A stretch of DNA of 64,000 bases from Lytechinus pictus (taxonomy: Eukaryota), in NCBI RefSeq assembly GCF_037042905.1, contig NC_087246.1, positions 9,054,001 to 9,118,000 on the forward strand, read 5' to 3'. A program made the position numbers and the translations under genes. Shown here in pieces: positions 1-14,199 of the stretch (its first letter is position 1; each line of letters begins with the position of its first letter). The notes under the pieces are model-generated. The model saw nothing but the letters and a program-made list of their open reading frames with translations. It made no database searches and was not told the DNA's origin.

Positions 1-650
1 ATGTACAAAATATTTAAAAAAACAATCACATTTTACAAAAACACAATCAGTCATTCAAGATAACTATAGAAGAAAATTATTGAGGAAAATGTATGTTTTA
101 TTAAAGGGAAGATTTGAAGCCAAGAATACTGGACACATTTCTTATTGGAAGAGAGTTGGCATTTCAAGTCTTGGCAGCTGCTAATGCAAAACATTTTTCA
201 GCAAATTTTGACAAGGGAATGCAAAGTCTACATGTGTTAGTAATTGAACAAAGATTTTAAAAAAGGTGTGTATAGTTTGGTGGTAATATTAATATATTCA
301 GGTGTCAAATTACTTAAGAATTTTGTAGACATAGAAACAGACTAAGGGCCACTTCTCTCTGACTTTACAGGAAGTGTTACTTTTGTTACTTGCTTCAAAA
401 TTTGTCCTTGGCCTTGTTATAAAGAGAAAAAAAAATCAAGTGAAAACTCAAGTCATTTATTTAGGTTTTTTCCTGCATATGCCAACCCAAGTTTTCAATT
501 ATCATTAAGTTTTTTTTTCTTTCTTTTTATGGTAAAAAGTTTTAAGCAACATTCTTCTGGAGAAAAATGCTTAAAGCATTAGAGTTCAAAGACAAATCAG
601 ATGGGCATTGATGTCAGGCAAACTTCAACCAAAGACAGGTCACTACTAAC

Positions 651-3600
651 CTGGCTTTAAGATTGAGACCAGAATGTCTCTCTGTTTTGAATGGCTTCTT
701 TTCTACTTCTGCCATGACTTTTCTCTTAATCCCTTCATCGTCTGATGATTTCTCTTTCTTGACCTGTACATCTCCCGTAGTTTGAGACAGAATGTGGCGA
801 TAGAAACCTGACAGATCACTCTGCTTCATCACATCATTTGCAGCTACATGTAACAGAAAAATATGGGAATAAACATAATTGGTAAATTAACAGCTGATGG
901 TATGTTTTGCCCTTGCAGGGGTAATGTATCAAACTCTTGGGCAAGTATTAAAGTCTATTGTACTCCAGGCAAATCCAGCATAATGAAAATGAAAATTGTA
1001 TATCATATCTATTAACTATTTTCTTGATACTGTCAACCACCGTCACTAGCACTGCCTGCGCCGGCTCGCTTCTGTTGGCTCTAGTCAACATTCAGCATGA
1101 ATAGAAAAAGTGCCTATTCAGTTATATAGAGCACTCAAACTCTCTAATCTCATACATGTACTGTGATTTCTTGATACATACAGTATTAATAGCTTTTTAG
1201 TTATTGCTAATAACATAGGATTCTTGTAGAAATTCATCAGTGCTTATGGTTTGCCACAGAAACTCATCCACCAGCCGAAAGTTTCATAATACACAGATCA
1301 AAGGGTTAAATTCACATTAAGAGCATCTTCTTGTTATATAATTTCTAATTCACTTTTGTTTGTATATTTCATATGTTCTAAATTGTAAAGCGCTTTAATA
1401 TGGATCTCATGGAAAGCGCTTTATAAGACTAAATTATTATTCTTATTATCATGGAATTTAATGTGTATAAAGATGTTAAATGTGTACGACGGTATACTAA
1501 AAATTATTTGAAGACAACAAATTCTAATGTGGCACTTTTAGTTTAATTGCAACACAGAGAAAAATTAACAAGTGGAATGCCTCTGGCCGTCTCACCTGCA
1601 TCACGCGATTCAATATAGCAGCAGTGCTGATTTTGAAAACTACTATAACTCGCACAAGATGTTCAGTGATACTTGGTTACTTTTATTTCCACGTTTTATG
1701 AACTAGACCAATACACTTATAGAGATATGATGGCAATTCAACAAATACCCCCAACGTGGCCAAAGTTCTTTGACCTTACATGACCTTTGACCTTGATCAT
1801 GTGACCTGAAACTCGCACAGGATGTTCAGTGATACTTGATTACTATTATGTCCAAGTTTTATGTACTAGACCAACACACTTTCATATTTATGGCTGTAAT
1901 TCAACAAATACCCCAATTTGGCCAAAGTTCATTGACCCTAAATGACCTTTGACCTTGATCATGTGACCTGAAACTTGCACAGGATGTTCAGTAATACTTG
2001 ATTACTATTATGTCCAAGTTTCATGAATCAGATCCATAAACTTTCAAAGTTATGATGGTAATTCAACAGATACCCCCAATTCGGCCAAAGTTCATTGACC
2101 CTAAATGACCTTTGACCTTGATCATGTGATGTGAAACTCAAGCAGGATGTTCAGTGATACTTGATTAACCTTATGTATAAGTTTCATGAACTAGGTCTTC
2201 TAAGTTATGATGACATTTCAAAAACTTAACCTTAGGTTAAGATTTTGATGTTGATTCCCCCAACATGGTCTAAGTTCATTGACCCTAAATGACCTTTGAC
2301 CTTGGTCATGTGACATGAAACTCAGGCAGGATGTTCAGTAATATTTGATTAACCTTATGGCCAAGTTTCATGAACTAGGTCCATATACTTTCTAAGTTAT
2401 GCTGTCATTTCAAAAACTTAACCTCAGGTTAAGATTTGGTGTTGACGCCGCCGCCGCCGTCGGAAAAGCGGCGCCTATAGTCTCACTCTGCTATGCAGGT
2501 GAGACAAAAAGGGTTCAACTACAAATCCATCCAGCTAAAATTGCACCTATCCACGTCTTTAGCTTCTACAGAAAAATTTCTTTAGAAGTCACTCTTCCTC
2601 AAGGATGCCAGATTTCAATCACAATTTAGTTTGTGTCTCAAAAAAATTTCAGGCACTGGCTTCCCTAGTTTACCCTCTACATTTTACAAAAATTTGCACC
2701 CTCTTCAAACTGGATATGATAAAGGCCTTACGGTGACTCATGTCATGATGAAAACATATATTTTCTACTTCCCTTTCTATCCAAAAACCGATTTGGTTGT
2801 AACTCATCATTACAATACCAATTCCTACCTTCTTCTTCTGCTTCCTTCCTCTCCCTTTCCTCCTCCTCTGCCAATTCCTGCATCTTTTTCTTGTAGGCTG
2901 ATGTTACAAAGGCCTCCTTGTCACCATACATCTCCCCTTCTTTCTCCCTCTCTTTCTGTATCTTCCTTTCCTTATGCTTTTCCTGCTCTTTCTTCCTCAG
3001 CTCCGCAGACTTCAAAAGACTCTCAATATATTTAGGCTGTTCAAGAATTATCAAGAAAGAAATTCAAATAAACTTCAATTGATCATGTACAATTCCATTT
3101 GCTCCATCCTCTCAATAAATACATCATCTGGTTTCTAACACACCCTACCCCTTCTCTCTTCATTGCTTCATTCCATCCTCCCACTCCCCAAAAAACTCTC
3201 TTTCTTTCTCACCCTTTCTTTCTCCTATTTTATGAGACCAGATTTTTATGTCAGACCATCCCCTCTCGATCTTTCCATTCATTTAAAATAATGATAGCAT
3301 TTACGGTCTCTTGTATTAAAAAAAAACATTTGACAAATTTGAAGCATTTTCTAACTTCCTGATATGAATCAGCCTTAATTATCTTTAAAAGAGAAATGCA
3401 ATACCAAACTTTATTTACCTTATTTCCATCTGTTTTCTTCTTTGATGCAATAAGCTTCTCTTCCTTCTTCTTCTCCATGTCATCATAGATGCTGTCATAT
3501 TCATACACAGTGGGATCAGCCTCAAGAGCTCTTTGGATTTCAAGCTGCGTCTGAAAGATACAATGATAAATGGTCAGAACAAAGTTGCTAGACATTACCA

Positions 3601-6600
3601 TATCAAAATTGGAAATATTGGGAACAATTAGTATTGTTCTCTATTTCAGTAGGAAACCATCTGAAATTGGCCCTATTGTCAACAAAAGGGTGCTTTCTGT
3701 TGCCATAAGTAATTTATGAATTAGGAACTTCGAAGTATCTGAAAAGAACAAAATGCATCAAACAGAAAGGATACTTTAACATCCCCAGGCTGGACAATAT
3801 GACAATAATATTGTACTTCAGACAACATATCTGCCATGAAATTATATATCCCAATTAGATTCATCTGACTCACCAGGGTGCAAGGGAATGGGTCATGAAA
3901 AGGTCACCCCTAACCATTCCTCCCGCCTTCATCTTCACAATTGTTTTACAGTACGTTTATATTGAAAAGAAAATTTTGGTTAAGACATCATTTACCAGTA
4001 AAAGTTATTCATGGGGGATGATGTACCTTCAGAATTCATATCATGACATTAAGAGCATTCATAGCTGGCAATAATCCTATTCCCAAATAAACATGACACA
4101 GTCCTACCCGTCCCCTTATATTTTTTATTTCATCAGCACCAAGCAAAATATTTACTGCCATGAAACAGTCATAAAATAGATACATCTGACTAATCCACCC
4201 CAACAGAAAATTGATTTGAATAAAAAGAGAAAAATCCAACAAGCATAACACTGAAAATTTGAAGAAAATCGGATGTAAAATAAGAAAGAACAGTTTAAAG
4301 TTTTGCTTAATTTCACAAAACAGTAGGGGAGATCGGGGTTAGTTGGAACGCAGGGTAAGTTGAAACATTTTAATTTTCTTTAACGCCTTTAAATAAATTT
4401 ATGCAATACTGCCCGCAATTTATTGCTATTATCAACAGCCATCCACCATATTACAGACAACACATGTGCAACAAGCGTGGTGAAGTTAGAAAGGAATTTT
4501 TGTTTCTTCACCTTCTGAGTAATTTTTTTCTCTTTCAGAAATTTGTTATTATCTCAGAGAAGTTAATAAATCAAGTTGGCCTGTTTGGGGGTATAATGGA
4601 CACTTGTACCAAGCTACAAAATAAGGTTATTAATATGCCATGGTGAAGTCCCTTTTTTGTGCTGTAAGCTTATAAATGTCAAATGGGCCTCTGGGGTTAG
4701 TTGGAACAAAATTGAAGGGGCTAGTTGGAACATGTTCCAACTTACCGCAAACATAATTACGCTACGTCGTCGCGCGAAATTTTTTGACCGCACCACTCAC
4801 TGACTTTTAACATGTACTTTCAAGTCTTGCGCATCTTTTGAGACCAAATTTGCGATGCCTGGGTGCACGATTAGAAATTATGCAACATTTTGTATGTGCA
4901 TGTTGGACCCAAAATTGCTCAAAAACGTGATTCTATGTACAAGGTCAATGCAATTTGTGTTTTTCAACCAAAAATCACAAACGTACGATTATTTTTTTTA
5001 ACTTTTGTTGGTTCAAATGGATTTATTTTATGCTATTTATGATCGCAAAAGAGTCCACGACAAAGTTCATCGAAAAAAAACAATAAAAAACAAAGGTTAA
5101 AAAAAACAAAGAAATACAAATTAAAAAAACAAAAAATACATAATTATATTTTCTGCAATTTTTTGTGGATATTTGTTATAAAGGTAAAAATTGATATTCT
5201 CACCAAAAATTAGCATTCTACAAGCTTAATAAATAGAGTTAAAGGCAAAAACATAAAAAAAACAAATTTAGGGCAAATTTCTTATGCTTATTTGCATGAT
5301 TAATTAATAAACAAATATAAACAATTCATTTTTGTCATGTAAATTTGATGCAGAAGTACATGAAATTGCTGTTAGTAGTAGTACACTTAATTACATGTAA
5401 AATCAAACGCACACAAATAAGCGGAATTCTACTACACAATAGGCTTGCGTGAATGGCTGTATAACAGAAAACATAAAGTTCAACAAATCCACTTTTAATA
5501 TTTTGAACTTGAAAAAAATGTTTTAGCAATTACTAGGCTAAAACCATGTAATATTATGGTTATGGTTTATAACTTGTAAGTAGTTTTAAATATAATACTT
5601 AATTGACCATGCAGTGTTGGAACTTACCCCATAACATGTTCCAACTTACCCCATATTGGGGTAAGTTGGAACGCTTGCGATGGTCTTGTCCAAGGTGGAT
5701 TTTTTCAGTAACCATCATAGACTTTAAAAGTTTATGGAGTACATTTGAAGCCCTTAGATATATGCTTCAAGCTGATAATGATATATTGATTGTTTCTTAA
5801 ATAAAATCCATTTGGATTTTACAGCCATTTTTGTCAAAAATGTTCCAACTAACCCCGATCTCCCCTAGTTATATGCACATCCTGGTTTGTATGCAAATGA
5901 GGAGACTGATGACATCATCCACTCACTATTTCTTTCGTATTTTATAATATGAAATATTCTAATTTTCTCCTCATTGTCAAGTGAATCAATGAGTAATTCC
6001 TCCCTGAACATGTGGAATTAGCATTGCTTAATACTATATGGTTCATTGAAGTTGGTCCTTATTGTCAAATCTGTAAAAATGATATATTGTATAATTCAAA
6101 CAATAAAAAACAAAAGAAATAGTGAGGAACATCATCGACTGTGTCATTTTTCTGGGGTGGACTTGACCTTCACCTAATTTGTTTTGACAAAAAGTGAGTC
6201 ATTTACTTGTTTCTTAATTTTGGTTTGCATAGCTGCTTGTCTCTTCTTCTGCATCTCTAGTGTAGTAACATTCTCTTCTTCATCACTTGATTCATTGAAA
6301 ATAGAAGCCTTCTTCAGAGCTGGGGTAGAGGATTTCTTGGCTTTGGTGATAAGCCCATACCTGGAAATTGAAGAAGAAAAAATACAATTTTGGTAAAGAA
6401 TCAATAATGTGAATCATATTGAGTTTCATCCAACATTCCAGTCTACCAAAAGTCAGTGGACCCCATGGAAGAACAGTGGTATTTTATTAATACTGCTGAA
6501 ATGGGCCATCCTCCATATGATCTGTACATTAAGTTAAATTGAGCATGTATATATTTTATTTTGATATGGAAATAAATACAAACAATACAAACAAACAAGT

Positions 6601-9434
6601 GGCCATCCGCCATGGAAACTTTTTCAACCATGATTTCTTTGTGAATATTTATTAATTGATCTTTTATACATGTACATGTACATCTAGCACCCTCTTTTCT
6701 TATAAGGTCAAGTCACCAAAAAGTCCCAACAAAATGTTTATTTCAAAGGGAAAGTACACCCTAACTAGGCTAACAAAAAGTTTATTGTAGCAGAAAAAAT
6801 TATTGAAAAAATATTGGTGAAGGTTTGAGGAAAATCCATCAAAGATTTCAAAAAGTTATTGGAATTTTAATGCTGTGATTTGCGACGTCATATGCGAGCA
6901 GTTTCCTATGTATCGTAAATGAAAAATATCAGTGAAATGTAATTTTCTTTAAAAAAATTGAACATTGATTTTATTGTACCTACTACCTTCAGTATAAAAA
7001 CAAATGAATTATTTCACACCCGCTCCTCAAAGAAAATTGTCATCAGGAATCATTAAAAAAAAAATGTATGCATTGCATATTACAAAACATATCAGGCAGC
7101 AGCTTGTACATGTATATGATGTCACAAATCAAAAACTAAAAATTCCCATAATTTACTTATTCTTTCATTGATTTTCCTCAACCTTCACCAATGTCTACAA
7201 CAAACTTTTTGAAAACACTGAAAACATCATCAAAATGCAATATAAAATAAAATAAAAAAAGTTATAACTTTATATTAAGTTTTGCTGGATTTTTTTTTCA
7301 TTTGTTTTCTATTTCACAATAGATCTACAGTTATGGTATGCACAACAGTGATGCAAATGAGAGTTAAAGGGGAAGATCACCTTGAAGAAAAGCCTGTTTT
7401 TTTTTAATATCAGGAAAAAGTAATAAAAAATATATTGGTGGTTTTAGGAAAATCCAATAAAGATTAAGAAAATTATTAATATTTTAATTCTAAGTTTTGG
7501 ATTTGTGACGTTATAAACGAGCAGCTGCGTGCCCGCTATGTTATGTAATATAAAAGTAGATCTAAATAATTTCAACTTTTTAATGGTTTGTGATGACTTA
7601 TTTTGTGAAATGATTTGTCTTTTGGTATTACTGAAGGAAGGTCTACAGTAACTAAAAACCATTTGGAATTTTCTGAGAAAATGACATTGATTTTTTTCAC
7701 CATAACTTAGACATGTAGCTGTAGGAAAGCTGCTCGCATATGACGTCACAAATCAAATAGTAAGATAATAATGAAGCCGGGCCGGGCTGGAACTCAGAAC
7801 CCGGTGAGTTGGGGAGATTTCCACTGGGTCAAGCAGGTCCAGGTTGAGAGCTAAAACAGCAGAGATCGGAGCTGTAATAAGTCTTGGAAAATAACAAATA
7901 AACAGCAAGATAATGTAACTATTTACCTCCATGCGGGAACTGAGCTCATATTTACTCCAAAAATAATCTAACTTAAAGGGGTACTCCAGGCTGAAGTAAA
8001 TATGATTACAACAGATATCAGACAAACAAAACACTGAAAATTTGATCAAAATCGGAGAAGGACTAACAAAGTTATGACATTTTAAAGTTGTTCATTTTCC
8101 GGTGAAACAGTTCTAGCCATGTCTTCATGAATATTCATAGTTAACATAGTCAAATTTCACCAAACGAACGTAGAGGGCAGCAACACTGTTTGTTGACTTT
8201 GTGTTTGCCGGTTGTAATTGCTAACTTCAGCACATATCCAAAAGAATATACGGCGGAGTGAGACCCTAAATATGAGAATTCGAACATTGAAATCTAAATC
8301 AAGATCAAAGCCAAAATAAAGCTGTTCCTGATGCTCAATGAGGTTGAAACTCATCCGTGTAATACTAGTCAAACATATACTCTCCAAAATGGGGTAGAAT
8401 GTGGTCGCAATAGCACTCCAAATAAAAGAGGAAAAACAAAATTATGCCCATGCATTTACCTCGATTATATGGATGAAGGTCTATCGTCATGATCTTGATC
8501 TGAGACAGAATTCCTGACATCGAGGCACAAATTGGACCCTCAAAAAAAAAGGAAAAGTTAGACTATGTTGCGTTCGTTTTGGTATCGATCGGCCATTTTG
8601 TTTTCAATTTTGACAGAAGGAGAACGAACGAGACAGAACTTTTCCTTTTTTTGAGAGTCCAGTTTGTGCTTCGATGTCAGCTAGACCTTTATCCATATAT
8701 AATCGAGGTAAGTGCATCATTTATTTTTCCCCCTCTTATTTGGAGTGGTATTGCATATTGTGACCACATTCTACCCCATTTTTGAGAGTATGGCAAGTTC
8801 CCCCAAGTCTGCGCAATCGCGTATCTGCGCGATTCTAATGAAGATACGCAACGAGCACAAACTTTATTAAACGAGCAATACATCATAGAGAGGTATTCAT
8901 AAAAAAATCTGACTCAAAATGGTGGAAAAATAAAGAATTTAGGGCATTTCATGTGACGGCCTCAAAATGCAGCCTTTCTCATCAAAATCCCCGAATCGTG
9001 TGCAAAGTAAATGCGTGCGCAGACATGGCTATCATTTTTTTTTCAATCTGAAAATGACTGCCCAAGGTTTTTTCAAGAAAATCCTATCCCCTAGGGGCCC
9101 TATATTTTCTTTCATTTTTGAATGAGAAATTTGGTACACTTAGGGCTTTAGGCCTACTCTTAATAATGTACTAAGGAACATCATTAATTGAAAAATTTTG
9201 TGAAATAAGAAGAAATTCATGTTAAATCTTAAGTCAAATTGTTTAGGTGCGCAGACTTGGGGCCCACCATCATGTTTGACATTACACGGCGGAGCTCCCT
9301 GGGCCAGGCGGCCCGGGTTACCTGACCCCAGGGCCCAGGACCCAGGTTAAGTCAGACTCAGACAGAATCTCACACTCAGCTCAGCACAGTCAGATCTATT
9401 TTTCAGAGACTTACTGTTTGCCAGGGAATGCCAT
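651..9434 (-). CDS. NSRP1: Nuclear speckle splicing regulatory protein 1 (CCDC55); 5 coding exons visible, 3' part lies beyond the window start
   Basis: Exons 9415-9434, 6207-6360, 3419-3550, 2829-3036, 651-843; all GT-AG, phases 2,0,0,1,2 consistent. Translation MAFPGKQYGLITKAKK...ALEADPTVYEYDSIYDDM...PKYIESLLKSAELRKKEQE...EGEMYGDKEAFVTSAYKKKMQE...DVMKQSDLSGFYRHIL matches the recognisable NSRP1/DUF2040 N-terminal region. Confidence 0.95.
1567..2510 (-). mobile_element. Helentron-associated non-autonomous element (HINE/DINE-1-like) with ~163-bp internal tandem repeats
   Basis: On the minus strand: T-run start, subterminal IR GTCTCACCTGCAT with adjacent hairpin (..GTGAGAC), (GGC)n, tandem units spaced 162/163/184 bp, 3' subterminal IR ATGCAGGTGAGAC, short hairpin and CTTGTT end; no TSD. 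Confidence 0.82.
4193..6171. mobile_element. Kolobok-like MITE (family of 11526-12127), interrupted by the 4325-5866 element
   Basis: Flanks match the intact 11526 copy on both sides of the insertion; ends approximate. Confidence 0.7.
4325..5866. mobile_element. Non-autonomous TIR transposon, superfamily uncertain
   Basis: Perfect TIR (A)GGGGAGATCGGGGTTAGTTGGAAC; repeated subterminal AGTTGGAAC/GTTCCAACT motifs; TSD either TA or AGT. Confidence 0.85.
6745..8140. mobile_element. Cluster of partial Kolobok-like MITEs
   Basis: (T)TAA/TCAA-AGGG starts near 6745, 7364 and 7973, with internal inverted TGACGTCA/GAGCAG blocks; boundaries approximate. Confidence 0.5.
8380..8788. mobile_element. TA-flanked MITE (Tc1/mariner-like)
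   Basis: ~100-bp imperfect TIRs CTCTCCAAAATGGGGTAGAATGTGGTC / GACCACATTCTACCCCATTTTTGAGAG, TA on both sides. Confidence 0.75.
8801..9262. mobile_element. Probable MITE in NSRP1 intron 1
   Basis: 15-bp perfect IR CCCCAAGTCTGCGCA / TGCGCAGACTTGGGG; no clear TSD. Confidence 0.55.
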
Positions 9435-10739
9435 TCTCTCCCTCCGAACTAGGTCTAGGTCCAGCTCAAATATTTAGCCCCGATTCCCGAAATTTGGCAG
9501 GTCAAAGAAATCGAGAGAGACGTCGACGGCGACGTAAGACTAACGTTAGTGCATTGACCGTACCGTTAGTGCATATTGACGTGCATTGGGCCGGCCTGGG
9601 CCATTTAGATCGACCAAAGACGTACGTACGCGCGCGCGCAGTTCGTCGCGACCGTACCGGCCTTTGAAAATCGCCAAGAGATGATTCTACCAAAAATAAG
9701 TCGCCTGATATATATTTTACCTTTACGCGACTAGTCTGCTGTGCAAACCCTTATACTCGTTTTATAAGGGTCTGATCGTGCAGCCTACTTAATAATGCTT
9801 TGAGTACTAAAGGCACAGAAACAGCATGTTTTGTATGCTCTATAGTCTTTGCGTGGAGACCCACTTGTTGATCAAAGTTTCAATCATGGTCTGTGCCCAT
9901 AGGCGGCGGAAGCGGGGGGGGGGACGACCCCCCCCTAATTTTTTGTTGACAACTTTTTTTTTTGCTTGTCAATTTTGTTTCCTGCGTCCCCCCTAAATTT
10001 TTTTTGATAACCTTTTTTTTTTCTCTCTCTCTTTTGCTTGTCAATAAATTTTAGTGGTCCCCCTAGAATTTTTTGCTTCCACAGGCACAGGCCTGCTGAC
10101 TATTCCGCGACTGTCACAAATTGCAAGGTGGTCGCGAATGGGAGGGAAGCAAGGGGCTTAACATTACTGAGGGTGTTTTTTCTCAATTTTGGACGCGGGC
10201 CGTGCGTGCACTCATTAAAGGTATCAAAAACACCGTTTTGAAAGACTGGTCAATCGCAGGGTCAAACGTATTTAGGTATGCTTTTTTCCAAAGCTTTTTT
10301 TAAGCCTGTATATATTGCCAAACGTGTTTAGGGTATGTTTTTCCCCAAGCTATTTCCCCGGGGTCATATTCTGGTGACAACTTGTTTAGAGGGTTATTTT
10401 GCACACAGAAAAAAAACTCGTTTAGGGGGTGTTTAGAATTAATTTGGCCACGCGTGTGTACAGCAATACATTTTGACTGCCCCTTCCCGGGGTCCGACAA
10501 CTATACCCCAGATGGCTACCATTCGGACGACTCTGGATAACAAAAAGGCCCCCCCCCAATAAAAATATCCCGGTTTAGGACAACTACCCCCAGCAGGACA
10601 ATTATTGCATGAGCTCTCCACTGCTCCAGGACAAGCAATTAGGCCCCGGGACAACTCCAAGTACCCTTCATGCAGGACCCTCTAGGATAACTAGAAAAAT
10701 ATCCCCATGGGATTTTTAAAAAAATCTGGGAACAAAATA

Positions 10740-11170
10740 ATAATGATTAATAATAATGATATGCATTTGTATAGCGTCATCAGAAGCGGATCTAGAGGGG
10801 GGGTTGGGGGGTTGCAACCCCCCCCCCCCAAAAAAAAAAAAAAAAAATCCGGGGACCATTTTTTTTAATCTTATCTTTTTTTTTAACTTGTAATTTTATT
10901 TTATTCTATTTCTATGTATTTATTTCATTTATTATTATTATAAGACCTCTATACCAAAAAGAGTGGTGTTTTGGATGCAAGAAAACTATTTCGAAAATCT
11001 ATTTCGAGGCGCATTGTTATTATTATTACCCCGGTCTTAATTAGCTCGAGCTGCCTTTCAGCGCTCGTGCATTTTTAATCCTGCCGGGTACCCATTCACC
11101 TCACCCGTTTCGATTTTCTTGCTGAAGGAAAACACGCCATCATGGCTAGGATTCGAACCTATACCACCCT
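10740..11170 (-). mobile_element. tRNA-derived SINE remnant (5'-truncated, interrupted)
   Basis: B-box GGTTCGAATCC on the minus strand (11149-11159), GTGAATGGGTACC core, CGCTATACAAATGC..(ATT)n tail. Confidence 0.55.
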
Positions 11171-11525
11171 CTAGCCGGGAAGATAGTCTTCGATGGACAG
11201 GTAATTAAATGGACTTAATGCAGTTCGAATAGGGAGCAGATCGATGCAGGAAGGCCTAATATTTTCTCACTCCCACTTTGAGTTCATCACGCTGAGTGTC
11301 AGACACAAGTCATGGCATGCAGCTATATAGCTATATGAAGTATTTATATGGTGTCTTCATCACCTTAATGACATAGCGACAAAAATGTGAGAAGTATAGC
11401 CTTCTTTATCAAAATGAGCCTGCACTATAAGGTTGGATGGTCGGATCGACTCACTCATGTTCCGTAAAATGCATCCGTACACTGCTACCCAACAAGGCAA
11501 CGACAATATTATCACCTTCCTTTAA

Positions 11526-12127
11526 AGGACAAGTCCATCCCAACAAAATGCTGATTTGAATAGAAAGAGAAAAATCAAACAAGCATAACACTGAAAATTT
11601 CATCAAAATCGGATGTAAAATAAGAAAGTTATGACATTTTAAAGTTTCGCTTAATTTCACAAAACAGTTATATGCACACCCTGTTTGGTATGCAAATGAG
11701 GGAACCGATGACATCACCCACTCACTATTTCTTTTGTATTTTATTTTATGAAATATGAAATATTTTGATTTTCTCGTCACTTTCATGTGAAACAAGTTTA
11801 ATTCTTCCCTGAACACATGGAATACCATTATTTTAACATTTTGTGGTTCAAGCAAGGGGGTCCTAATTGTCAAATTCGTAAAAATTGAAATATTGTATAA
11901 TTCAAACAATAAAAAACAAAAGAAATAGTGAGTGAGTGACATCATCGACTCTCTCATTTGGAAGTAACTGGCTCGTTCATATAACTATTTTGTTAAAAAT
12001 AAGCGAAACTTTAAAATGTCATAACTTTATTATTTTACATCCGATTTTGATGAAGTTTTCAGCATTATTCATGTTTGATTTTTCTCTTTCTATTCAAATC
12101 AGCTTTTTGTTGGGGTGGACTTGTCCT
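11526..12127. mobile_element. Kolobok-like MITE
   Basis: TTAA TSD (11522-11525, 12128-12131), AGG...CCT termini, ~150-bp TIRs. Confidence 0.88.
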
Positions 12128-12131
12128 TTAA

Positions 12132-13464
12132 CAAGAACTTTACGTGCAAAAAACTCATTTGTCTTTCCTGGCCTGCCTCCTGGAACTCTCTGCCTCAAGA
12201 TTTCAAAGAATAAACGCAAACAGAAAAAATGTTAATTCTGCAATACTCGTTGCAAACAGGTCAAGCTGAATAACTAATTTAATTATACTCGACTTTTGTG
12301 TATATTCGTATTATATGCGTTCATATTATATACATAGTCATGTATATTATTTGTTTTATTATTCTTTTCTTCTTAAAGGGATGGTCCGGGCTGAAAATAT
12401 TTATATCTTAATAAATATAGTAAAATTCACTGAGCAAAATGCCGAAAATGTCATCAAAATCGGATAACAAATAATAAAGTTTTTGAAGTTTAAAGCTTAG
12501 CAATATTTTGTGAAAACAGTCGTCATGAATATTCATTAGGTGGGCTGATGATGTCACATCTCCACTTTCTGTTTTCGTATGTTATTACATAAAATCATAA
12601 TTTTTTTTTCATTATTTCATACTTGCATGTGTGAATAATATGTCTCCCTTATAATGAAATAAGTTGCAGCAATAAATATCTAATGCACTATATCAGTTGT
12701 CATTCCAATTTTTCTACTTCTTAGAGGAAAAAATTTGAATAAACCTCATTTCATATAATAAAATACAAAAGAACAAGTGGAGATGTGACATCATCAGCCC
12801 ACCTAATGAATATTCATGACGACTGTTTTCCCCCAAATATTGCTAAACTTTAAAATTCAATAATTTTATTATTTGTTATCCGATTTTGATGAAATTTTTG
12901 GCATTTTGCTCAGTGAATTCTACTCTATTTATTAAGCTATAAATACTTTCAGCTCGGACCATCCCTTTAAAATTGCAATTCCTGCCAGCCTTATTTCTTC
13001 TTTCTTTCTACTTAGTGTATACTGCACTCCTCTGTCCCTCCTGTCTTCTCCCCCTCACCCCCCCCCCCCTCTCTCTTATAATATTGTAAAACATATAATA
13101 TTTTCTCACACGATCCATCAGTTACGCTTTTGTCAAGTGCACAAAAATTGTTTGTATTTATTTTTAAACAAAATTTCTATATATTATTACGACCCAATAT
13201 TTATTTGTTGTAATTTTGTAATGTAACTAAAATAGGGGCTTGCCACTTGTACAAGCTATGCTTTTTTCGGCAAGTCTCTACGTTTTACTTTTAAATACAA
13301 ATGTCATTTGAGATAACTTTATTTATTGAATTGTGTTCCTTAAATCTATGATTATGTTATATATATATATTTTATGTCCTGTAGTATTTTCGACCTTGTT
13401 ATGTTATGTTTATCATATTATGTACAATTGGGAAACGGAAATCAATAAATCAAATCAAATCAAA
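12132..13464 (+). mobile_element. 3' remnant of an L2/Crack-like LINE (interrupted by the 12377 MITE)
   Basis: Degenerate RTLRAKNSFVFPG..WNSLPQDFK C-terminal motif, 3'UTR stem-loop near 13235-13280, AATAAA-(TCAAA)n tail. Confidence 0.5.
12377..12966. mobile_element. Kolobok-like MITE
   Basis: TTAA TSD, AGGGATGGTCCG / CGGACCATCCCT termini, ~200-bp TIRs. Confidence 0.88.
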
Positions 13465-14190
13465 CTACTTGATAACAACAGCTCTTCTTAGAAACTGCAT
13501 GGGAGCTACTGGAGCTGGGGTATATAGTAGTGCACTAGACGCTGGTATAGATGTTCCTCCACAGCAAAAGAGTAGATTTTGACTGAATAGCAGCCCGTCA
13601 GGGGCGGATCCAGGATTTTTCAAAAAATGAGGGGGGCATATTTTCGCGAGGAAAAATTTGACAAGCACAAAAAGGAAAGATAAAAATGATTCTAACCAAA
13701 AATTAAGGGGATTTCGTCCACGAAAAAAAAATTGTCAAACCTGGATCCGCCAGTGCAGCCAGTACCTCAACCTTGTTCGTAACTGCCCTATTTGACTTCT
13801 TCTTCCTGCAGGTGATGTAGGAGATGGGTTTGAGCAGAAGAGGATGAAGGTCAGGGAGACAGTATACTTGAGGATGTGATGGTGGGGATGGTCTTGGCTA
13901 CAGAATGTATAGAGTCCTATACTCAAATCTATTGTGGGGGAGATCCAATGCTTGATCCAATCAGGAGGAGCTTCTCAAGGTCAACTTGAGAACTAAGAGG
14001 AAGGAGCCCAGTGAGAAGAAAAGCAACCCCATCTGCTGTTGTTTTAGGGAGAGGGAGGCCAAGGATTTGCTTGAACAGCTGATGTTGTTCCTGCATGGTC
14101 TTTTCTCCATCTCTTTGGTAAGCTATACGGCTGCTCCATACGTATGATGCAACAGACCTTCTTCAGGGAAGCACGGTTGTTATCATAAAA
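13465..14190 (-). mobile_element. Degenerate LINE ORF2 C-terminal remnant (RTEX-like), with a small CAG..TG MITE at about 13598-13755
   Basis: Minus-strand fragment QLFKQILGLPLPKTTADGVAFLLTGLLPLSSQVDLEKLLLIG resembles the post-RT region of non-LTR elements; multiple frameshifts. Confidence 0.5.
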
Positions 14191-14199
14191 TTCAAAGGT

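Noticed and set aside
2631..3035. 134-aa plus-strand ORF; likewise 6184-6396, 32440-32691 and 33007-33423
   Set aside because: Antisense shadows of real NSRP1 or RPS5 exons.
11451..12235. 168-aa and 99-aa ORFs with the same LKCHNF.ILHPILMKFS text on opposite strands
   Set aside because: Translations of the two TIRs of one MITE; no transposase motifs.
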